Assembly (NCBI RefSeq): GCF_006345805.1
Contig: NC_043000.1
Coordinates: 115,072,001-115,136,000 of the forward strand
Direction: 5' to 3'
DNA length: 64,000 nt
Source of the DNA: Octopus sinensis
Lineage: Eukaryota
In this document: positions 54,650-64,000 of the stretch, piece by piece
Layout: each line of letters opens with the position of its first letter
Position numbering within the stretch: position 1 is the first letter of the stretch
Program-made: the position numbers and the translations under genes
Notes under the pieces: model-generated
Told to the model about the DNA's origin: nothing
The model's database searches: none
What the model saw: only the letters and a program-made list of their open reading frames with translations

Positions 54650-55415
54650 CACATTTGTTACCATATTTCTGTAGAGATGCTCTGTCTTTTTTCCAATTAA
54701 TTTTAAATATAACAAAGAATTTAGTAAAATAACTTGGTTATCATTAAGCTAGTGTTAGGAACATAAATTGCAACTAAGGTTTGGTGGAAGATTTTAATCC
54801 AGAACTTTTGAAAACAACACATTTGTACTACAGCGCTAGAGGCGGATTCAGGTAACGAAAGGGTTGAAACAAGATGACGATATATATTCGATATACAGAG
54901 GAGAAGTAGTTTAAAAGTAGATCTACATGAATGTGTTAACATTATTTAACCCTTTCATTTATTTTGAGGTGCTCTGTGTTTCTTTCAATTAATTTTGAAT
55001 ATAACAAAGAATTTAGTAAACTAATATAATTATCATTTTAGCTAGTGTTAGGAACATAAATTGTGACTAAGGTTTGGTGTAAGATTTTAATTCAAAACTT
55101 ATGAAAACAAGATATTTGTACTACAGAGCCAGAGACAGTTTCAGCCAGGTCGGTATTGAAAGGGTTAAGAATTGTTTCTCTATTATATGTTTTAACCTTT
55201 TAGCTACCGTATTTATTTTGAGATGCTCTGGGTTTCTTTCAATTAATTTTAAACAGAACACAGAATTTAGTAAAATAACTTGGTTATCATTAAGCTAGTG
55301 TTAGTAACACAAATTGTGACTAAGGTTTGGTGGAAGACTTTAATTCAAAACTTATGAAAACAAGATATTTGTATTACAGAGCCAGGTTCAGTCAGGTTGG
55401 TAACAAAAGGGTTAA
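54650..55415. mobile_element. Cluster of three same-orientation piggyBac-type MITEs
   Basis: Copies at ~54650-54866, 54946-55168 and 55192-55415. Confidence 0.8.
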
Positions 55416-57319
55416 CCCCAGGTTAACTTTAACCAGCTATAAATATCCTGTCTTTTTGTACATCTAGAACATTGCCTGAAGTGTCCTTCTTTTCTTTAGA
55501 TTACACGGGGAAATTTTAAGAAGATTTGGTTGCTATTACTAGCAGCTCAAGCAACCATGTAGCTCATATATGAGCAACACATATATGGGCTACACTTGAG
55601 CTCATTAGCTCGCGTGTGTGTGTGTAATCATGCATATAATGTGTATAATTATGCACATTACCTTCAGTGGCCATTCTGTAGTAAATAAGGTTCGCAGAAT
55701 TAAATAAAAAATTAACCAGGAAAGGATCAGTGAGAAAAGGCCCAGCTGCTATTAAAACCAAAAAAAACTTGTACAGAACGAGTTCCGCTGTGAATAAAGT
55801 GAACACTTGTGATCTTATGGCAGTGATGGACTGTATTAAAACACTAGATTCAAGATGTTTAGAAAAAAAGTTTGACACCTTTCAAAGGGAAACAGTTTGT
55901 TTAGATATGATTCTGATGTATGTTTTGAAAAACATATCTTGTTCAGCAATGGCTTGCGGATTTTTGCAGAAGGGGGCTTTGTCACAGAACACATCAAAAG
56001 GTTTTTTTTTGTAGTAGTGTGCTAAAAAACTTGCTTCCAGGTTCAGTCCCACTGCATGGCATCTGGACAAGTGTCTTCTACTATAGCAATCAGGCCAATC
56101 AAAACCTTGTGAATGGATTTCATGGACAGAAACTAAAAGAAACATGAAGGCAGAGGCTGGCAGAAACATTAGCACACCGGGTGAAATGCTTAGCAGTATT
56201 TCATCTGCCGTTATGTTCTGAGTTCAAATTCCGCCAAGGTCGACTCTGCCTTTCATTCTTTCGGTGTCGATAAATTAAGTACCAGTTACGCACTGGGGTC
56301 GATGTAATCGACTTAATCCATTTGTCTGTCCTTGTTTGCCCTCTCTGTGGGTAGTAAAGAAATAGGTATTTCGTCAGCCGTTACGTTCTGAGTTCAAATT
56401 GCACTGAGGTCAACTTTGCCTTTCATCCTTTTGAGGTGGATAAATTAAGTACCAGTTGCGTAGTGAGGTAGATATAATCCACTTAATCCGTTTGTCTGTC
56501 CTTGTTTGTCCCCTCTTTAGCCCCTAGTGGGTAATAAAGAAATAAGAAACTAAAAGAAGCCTGTTGTATATATGTGAGTATGTGTTGTCGTGTCCGTCCC
56601 CCAAGGTCATTGCCAGTGCTGCTGGACTGGCTCCTGTGCAAGTGGCACGTAAAAAGCACCATTTGAGCATGGCCATTGCCAGTTCTGCCTGACTGGCCCT
56701 CGTGCCAGTGGCACGTAAAAGCACCCAGTACACTCTCAGAGTGGTTGGCATTAGGAAGGGCATCCAGCTGTAGAAACTTTGCCAGATCAAGATTGGAGCC
56801 TGGTTCAGCCATCTGGTTCGCCAGACCTCAGTCAAATCGTCCAACCCATGCTAGCATGGAAAGTGGAGGTTAAACAATGATGATGATGATGATATATATA
56901 TATATATATGTCCACTCATATGGGTGGTTGATGTTAGGAAGGGCATCCAGCCATAAAAACCTTGCCAAAACAGACACAGATGTCTGGTGCAGTCTCCAAC
57001 CTGGCCAGCTCCTGTCAATCTCTAACCCATGTCAGCATGGAAGGCAGATGTTAAAGGATGATGATGAAGATATATATATACACATACATATAGATAGGTG
57101 CTGGAGTGACTGTGTGGTAAGAAGCTATCTTCCCAACCACATGATTCAAGGTTCAGTGCCACTGCGAGACACCCTGGGCAAATGTCTTCTACTATAGCCT
57201 CAGGCTGACCAAAGCTCTGTGAGTGGAATTGGTAGACGGAAACTGAAAGAAGCCCGTCATGTGTGTGTGTATGTATGTATTTGTGTGTCTGTGTTTGTCC
57301 CCGCCACTATTGCTTGACA

Positions 57320-57606
57320 TCGTAGATTCGCGATGTCCTCCTCCCACCTCCATTTCCCAGCTGGTGCAAATACATGGGCAGGCAGCTGAAGACCTGGGCA
57401 ACGACAATAAAGAAGGACCTCTCCGAACTCTCAGATCCGCAGGTGGTCAGTCTGCGCAGATGGAACCGTTAATGATTCGCTATCTCCAGTGACCTCACAC
57501 AGGACCGTCGTGCGTGGGCCACCATGGTTCGTGATGCTGTTAGGACCAGAGAAGAAGCCAGCTTAACCCACCCTGAGTGAATGCTGTCACAAGTACAAGT
57601 AAGTAC
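57320..57606 (+). mobile_element. 5'-truncated copy of the same RTE family nested in a SINE
   Basis: cagctgaagacctgggcaacgacaataaag...caagtaagta; TSD attgcttgaca at 57309 and 57607. Confidence 0.85.
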
Positions 57607-60600
57607 ATTGCTTGACAACCGATGTTGGTGTGTTTACATCCTCCAGTAACTTAGTGGTTCAGCAAAAGAAACCAATAGAATAAGTACTGGGCTTACAAAA
57701 GAATAAGTCCTAGGATTGATTTGTTTGACTAAAGGTGGTGCTCCAGCATGACCGCTGTCAAATGACTGAAACAAGTAAAAGAATATATATATCAAAATCA
57801 CAATCAAAAATGGAAATTATAGTTGTGACCGATGCCAGTGCCACCTGGTTGGCTTCCATGCTGGTGGCACGCAATAAGCACCATCCATACATGGGTCATT
57901 GCCAGTTGCAGCCTGACTGGCTCCTCATGCCGGTAGAATGTACAAAGCACTGTCCAAACATGGCCAATGCCATCCCCCACCACCCCGACTGGCTCCTGCG
58001 CCCGAAGCACGTAAAAAGCACCATCTGAACATGGCCGATACCAGTGCAACTTGACTGGCTCCCGTGCCGGTGGCACATAAAAAGCACCCCCTTCATTCTC
58101 AGAGTAATTGGCGTTAGGAAGGGCATCCAGCTGTAGAAACGTTGCCAGATCAGATTGGAGCCTGGTGCGGCCTCCTGGCTTGCCAGTCCCCAGTCAAACC
58201 GTCCAACCCATGCCAGCATAGAAAATAGACGTTAAACAATGATGATGATGAGAGAGAGAGGAAGAGAGCCACATCTATAATAAAGGCCATTGTCTATCCA
58301 CACCCACACATTTTTTTTGTTCTGCTTATGGTTTTCACAATTTTTTATCACATTATCCTATAGAAGAAATAACAAAGATTATGAATTTCACTATTTTTTG
58401 GAACAAAAAGATACAGTATCTTCTATATAATACACTTCGTTTAGTGTTTGTGTGTATCTGTGATCTGTGTGCGTGTATAAGCATATATGCATTCATGGAC
58501 ACACACATATGTACACCCCAAATATATATACATATATATATGTAAAGGGAAGTGAGCAAGAGAAAAACTGATCATTAAAATACACCCCCACTTTTTCCAC
58601 ACTCCCCTCCCTCATCTTCAGGTTCTTTTTTGCCATGCTTCCTTTTCTTTCTCTCTCACTTTGCTTCTTTATATGTGTGTGTGTGTGTGTGTGTGTGAAT
58701 ATATATATATATATATATGTATAAAACCAGAATCAACCAGGCAGATTGCTCCACCAACTAAGAACAGCCATGCACCACTGCCCACAGAATCAAGAATGCG
58801 CTATCAATCTGTCAATCCTACCGGTGTCTGGACCAGGTGAGTTTTATGGTTCCAAGTTTAGTACCACTGCATGGCACCTTGAGCAAGTGTCTTCTATAAT
58901 TGCCTGGAGCAATATTAAAGCCTTGTGAGTGAATCCGGTAAATGAAAACTGAAAGAAGCCCATTGTGTATATATATATAAGGCACCAGCGCTTGTTATTA
59001 GATAATGTAATGCTAGATATACCAAGCTTGAAAAAAAAAAGTACCAGATAGAATTGTCAGGATTGGTATGCCTATAATCATAGGTCAGCTGGATCAGAGC
59101 TGACCTAGTGTTAAAGAATAACATCAGAATGTAGAAGGACTGTATAATAAACTCAAAATATTTTTAACTGACAAGAGAAATGAGTAAAGAATTACATGAA
59201 ATAAACAGAGTTTGGTGTGTATACACAAGACTTAATATTTCAAGGGAGTGAGGGGGAGGGCAGTGTTCATTGAAAAATTAATTTCCAACACAGGTACAGG
59301 GTAGTAACCCTGGTAAATAACAAGCACTTATTTTATTCCCATGACAAATGACAAGCAAAGCCAACCTTGTGAAGTAGTTGAACTTTGAATAAGAAGGGAC
59401 ATAACTAAATTTGATATTATGGTGTGCAGGATGGTGTCAATATCCGAGTCACTAACAAGCACACATTCTTGGGCAAAATAGAGGCCTTTAAATTACAGAA
59501 GCCTTCTTATCAACAGGTGAGAATCCATAATAGCAAATTAATATTGTTTACTATTAAGTTGGTGCCAGTGTCATATGAAAAGCACCTGAGCCAGTGCTGT
59601 GCAAAAAGCACCTGTGCTGGTGCCACATAAAAAGCACCTATACCTATTTCTTTACTACCAAAAAGGGGCTAAACACAGAAGGGACAAACAAGGACAGACA
59701 AAGGTATTAAGTCGATTATATCGACCCCAGTGTGTAACTGCTACTTATTTAATCTAACCCGAAAGGATGAAAGGCAACGTCGACCTTGGCGGAATTTGAA
59801 CTCAGAACGTAACGGCAGACGAAATAACTATTTCTTTATTACCCACAAGGGCTAAGCATAGAGGGGACAAACAAGGACAGACAAAGGTATTAAGTCGATT
59901 ACATCGACCCCAGTGTGTAAACGGTACTTAATTTATCGACCCCGAAAGGATGAAAGGTAAAGTCGACCTCGGCGGAATTTGAACTCAGAACGTAGCGGCA
60001 GACGAAATACCGCTAAGCATTTCGTCCGCCGTGCTAACGTTTCTGCCAGCTCGCCGCCTTAATGCACCTATACCGGTGCCAAGTAAAAAAAACACCCGTG
60101 TCGGTGCCATGGGAAAAGCACCCGGTACACTTTGTAAAGTGGATGGCGCTAGGAAGGGCATCCAACCGTAGAAACCAAGCTAAAATACACAACTGGAACT
60201 TGGTGCAGCTCACCAGCTTGGCAGCTCTAACGAAACCGTTCAAGCCATGGCAGCATGGAAAGCGGGTGGTGATGGCGTAACTTCTTAAATGTAGCTGTTG
60301 TAGGTGAACTGAAATGTAAAATATGAAATTGCCTGCGACACAGACACTTGAATATAAAGTTTAACTCTTTCCTTAAGTGTGTATGTGTAGTTATTTATTG
60401 TCCTGGATATGGGAAAATATTTCTGAGGAAGCCTGACCTTGTATTTATTGGTTATCTCAATGTAAAATCCGGTTTTTAAGATATTTAAAGACGAACCTTT
60501 GCATTGTCGTTCAACTTGCAAGAAATAACAGCTAAATTTCTTTTTAAAGGACATTATCTTGAAAAACGAGGAACACACTGAATATACGCAACGCCCAACA

Positions 60601-60957
60601 AAAAGACAGGTCGGTCATGGCTGGAACACCTTTGGTTATAGGTCTGCCAAATGAGGATTAACCGAGCACTAACAACGATGACAACTACCCTTTGGAATAT
60701 ATAACTGATAGATAGGCAAATATTTTGTTTTATAAAATTTCTTTTCCATAAAAAGTAACCAAAGAAGCCTCCTGTTCCTTCGATTTAGTGATAATGGCTA
60801 AAAACAAAAAAACTTCGTAGATTTGCCGACAATACCAAAGCTATATATGGCCTAGCAACAGATTCAGAACATATTAATGATGCTTCGATAAACTTAAGGA
60901 TGTCTTATTCTAACATTCAACTTATGTAGTAGTAACAAATATATAGCAGTAACTTAC

Positions 60958-60973
60958 GTAGAAGCACCTGCAT
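60958..60973 (-). CDS. GSR: GSR exon 1 (predicted): MQVLL(R), start of presequence
   Basis: ATG CAG GTG CTT CTA C|gtaagt. Phase 1 joins exon 2 'GT GCT GTC' to give CGT (Arg) and an uninterrupted frame into the enzyme. Confidence 0.6.
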
Positions 60974-61043
60974 TGCCGGATAAAGTGCCGTTGTACTCGC
61001 TTGCCGGATAAACAGCTGTTGCTGTCGTTACTTGCCGGATAAA
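60973..61043. promoter_or_regulatory. Three copies of TTGCCGGATAAA next to predicted GSR exon 1
   Basis: Identical 12-mers at 60973, 61001 and 61032; CCGGAW is an ETS-like core. Confidence 0.5.
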
Positions 61044-61484
61044 TTGTTGTTGTTCTTGCCTCGTGGGCGAATTGAAATTCCGAAGGTAAATATATTGTGA
61101 ATTATGTCCCTTGATATGGAACTCTTTAAAACCTGATGACGACGATGATGATGCCAATGTGATGGCTAAACATGCTAGAAATAGCAACCAAATCTCCCCG
61201 CAAATTACAACCTGTCGTATAGACAGGATGATGTTCTCGATCAGGGTTTGAGGCTAACCAATTTCTAGTTGCTCGCCAGGCATAGACAAATGAGTTAAGA
61301 AGGGAAGAAGTTATTTGATAATGTGGTCCCAGATTTACTGTCTGATTAAAATACACAGTTAGAAGGCCTTTATGGCTTTACTCAATCACAGCCGAACAAA
61401 ACGTATTTGGTTTCAATTGCAAGGGTGCTGGATGTCTGGTCAACCCAGACAGACAGTGATGTGATTTTTCAAAAATATATCTTT

Positions 61485-61676
61485 GATCTTTTCCTTTTGA
61501 ACGGCAGATGTCAACACAATTTCTAGTTAACTAAACACTTTTAAACTTCGTATACTGGTAGAATGTGTCTATAAAACATCATTTTTTCTTGGCTTTAATG
61601 AGAAAATTATACGAAGTTTTAAAGTGTTAGTTAACTAGAAATTGTGTTGAAATCTGCCGTTCAACAGGAAAAGATC
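61485..61676. mobile_element. Foldback MITE with ~68-bp arms
   Basis: gatcttttcc..ttgaacggcagat..caacacaatttctagttaactaa...cttcgtata and its reverse complement. Confidence 0.75.
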
Positions 61677-62119
61677 CCCATTTAATCATCAGGCAACTTT
61701 ATATCGAACTCATTTCCCCTACTTTATTTTAATTCAACCGCTTGAAGTTTCTCAAATTTACGCCTGCCACTTGTTGTGCCATTACTACAACTATCATCAT
61801 CTCTACTACTTTATAGCATTGGTAAAAGTAGTAGCAACAATAGTGGTAACGGCAGCAGCAGTAGTAGTAGTAATGCGGCGAGCTAGCAGAGTCGTTAGCA
61901 CGCCGGGCGAAATGCTTAGCAATATTTCGGCTGCCGTTACGTTCTGAGTTCAAATTCTGCCAAGGTCGACTTTGCCTTTCATCCTTTCAGGGTCAAATAA
62001 GTACCAGTTACGCACTGAGGTCGATATAATCGACTTAATCCGTTTGTCTGTCCTTGTTTGTCCCCTCTGTGTTTAGCACCTTGTGGGTAGTGAAGAAATA
62101 AAGAAATAAATATTTTGTC

Positions 62120-62279
62120 TACATTATTTACCTTGTTTACACTTGACGGATATTTGTCCTCATCTTGTTTGTTGTTAACACAACGTTTCAGCTGATATAC
62201 CCTCCAGCCTTCATCAGGTGTCTTGGTTAAGAGCGCGGGCTACCAACCCCAAGATTCCGAATTCGATTCCAGGCAGTGA

Positions 62280-62320
<41 letters not shown>

Positions 62321-62413
62321 TCGAAAAATACCTTAGGAATGAGAACCCAGGTTCGAAATTTCCCCAAGACACTTGATGAAGGCTGGAGGGTATATCAGCC
62401 GAAACGTTGTGTT
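62120..62413. mobile_element. Same family, copy C (best-preserved hammerhead cores)
   Basis: Inverted arms; partial tRNA head 62225-62282; (AAT)n linker. Confidence 0.8.
62177..62222 (-). ncRNA. Minimal type I hammerhead ribozyme motif (Penelope-like)
   Basis: Minus strand reads GACAC-CUGAUGA-AGGCUG(gaggguauau)CAGCU-GAAAC-GUU-GUGUU: intact core boxes, stems I and II, and a loopless palindromic stem III. Confidence 0.65.
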
Positions 62414-63787
62414 TTTACAGCTGGATTCCCTTCCTAATGCCAACCACTTTACAGAGTGTAATGGGTGCTTTTACATACCACCGGCATGGGTGCCATTTGC
62501 CTGACACCAGGATGCGTTTATGTGCCACCGGCATGAGCTCCAAATTGCGTGACATCGATATCTGTCACGACTGCGCTTTTGCTCAAGTTTCATGGGTCTT
62601 CTTCTCAAGCAAAACATAATACCAAAGGTCTCAGTCATTGCCTCCATGAGGCCCGTCAGAAAATATATTCAATTCTGAACAGTTGCTGATTCTATACAAG
62701 GTACAGGCATTCTCTAGACAAGAACACAGCTCATACATCTGTAACGGTACACTATCATCCTCTAAAGTCTAAACCCCAGTTAGTAGACTCTGCCTTTTCT
62801 CATAATGCTATCCCTATTATGCTTCATCTTGATTCATGCATGAGGTGACACTTTCTGTTTTGACCTCATATTCTACCCAACTACAAACCTTCAGGAATTC
62901 AAACTCGGAGACCCCCTTCAGTCACGAATGACCATGGGATTGCACCTAGAAAGTTACCCTTCGAGGCACAAGTCCGAGCAAGGTTGCTTATGGAAGACCA
63001 GCAATCACCCATGCATACCAGCCTTCCCTCTCCAATCCACCAAAGCTATCCAAGGGAAAAGCAAAGGGGCCAATACGGCTTGGCACCAGTGACGTCGCAA
63101 CTCATTTCTACAGGTGAGTAAAATGGAACAACGTGAAATAAAGTGTCTTGCTCAAGAACACAACACGCAACCCGGTACGGGACTTGAACTCACAACCTCA
63201 CGGTCGTAAGTTCGACGCTCTAACCACTGAGACATGTGCCTTCACTAAGCATAAACTAAACCGTTATTCCTCAGTCTAGGAAGGCCATAAACTGAGGGAT
63301 AGAGATTAAGATTTTCATTTATTCATTAAACACTAGACTAATTATTAATAAATGAAAATATTAAATTATAAGTATTAGACTTGATTCTAAACAAATGCTT
63401 CGAAAATCAAACACAACTGGATGGAAAAGACCATCAAAACATTTCTTTCTTTTTCATTTATGAAAAAACATATGTAACAGGATGGGTTATCGATTCACTG
63501 AAAGGGTGTCGATCCGATCCAGTCACATACAAATTTTGTAAGACAATACAGACGAAGTCAGGTTGTAGGTAAAAGACAGCAGTTCGTTTATTTATTGCGA
63601 TGGCGTACGTGTGTCTGATGGGAGAAGGACAGCCTCTGATGTACAGCTTCTTGTTCGTTTTGTTGAAGAGGTTCGATGGTCGTTGGCGGCTAAGTCGGTG
63701 AGTTTATCAGAGCCTGCGAAATGTACGTCCGATCGCGTTGGCTGACTTGCCAGAGAGAAAGATTTGAGTTTGGCGGGCCTAAGGGAA

Positions 63788-63885
63788 CATGCGCATGGGG
63801 AAGACTTCCGGTGGCCACCCGGAAGTAGTCCCATTCTGCGCATGCGCGCTGAACCCTACACAGTAGCATCACTACAAGGCTCCCC
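63788..63885. promoter_or_regulatory. CpG-rich housekeeping-type promoter module (ETS pair, NRF1-like sites, ACTACAnnnnTCCC)
   Basis: ACTTCCGG and CCGGAAGT in inverted orientation, flanked by CATGCGCATG and TGCGCATGCGC; actacaaggctccc at ~63871. Confidence 0.6.
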
Positions 63886-64000
63886 CTCGAGTGCGAAAGT
63901 ACGACAACAAGAAAATTTGTGGTGGTGCTGCAGAAAAACAGATGGCTTGCCGATCCCCCAGAAGACTTGGTACATAATATCATACAAAACAAGAAAAATT

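Noticed and set aside
60973-61043. Repeat-spacer-repeat pattern resembling a CRISPR array
   Set aside because: Only three 12-bp repeats with 16-19-bp spacers, eukaryotic context, no cas genes.
63600-63703. Plus-strand ATG...GTGAGT mini-exon (MAYVCLMGEG...)
   Set aside because: It lies upstream of the promoter motifs, has no recognisable homology and has no partner exon in the window; cannot be supported.

Overview
AT-rich, repeat-dense, intron-rich animal DNA. The SINE and MITE families resemble those I associate with Octopus (cephalopod mollusc); this is an inference, not a database result. Two convergent protein-coding genes can be reconstructed by hand. (1) Plus strand: the 3' part of an unrecognised gene. 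It has a 3.9-kb coding exon (777-4660) encoding about 27 copies of a ~29-aa tryptophan-anchored helical repeat, a Pro-rich region and a C-terminal WH2-like actin-binding motif, completed by a 45-nt last coding exon (10906-10950). Its 3'UTR may be very long. (2) Minus strand: a complete 13-exon glutathione reductase (GSR), 60973 to 29816, 487 aa. A 16-nt first coding exon 10 kb upstream adds a mitochondrial-presequence-like N-terminus. The remainder is tRNA-derived SINEs, TTAA (piggyBac-type) and TA (Tc1/mariner-type) MITEs, RTE and CR1-like LINE relics, a tRNA-Ile pseudogene, foldback elements and a near-perfect 1.39-kb tandem duplication. The most unusual signal is a family of tRNA-headed elements whose inverted arms each carry a minimal Penelope-type hammerhead ribozyme motif. 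Short copies end near the predicted cleavage site, and one 1.2-kb composite segment is bracketed by a 29-bp direct repeat. Repeat boundaries are approximate; exon boundaries were checked for splice sites and phase.
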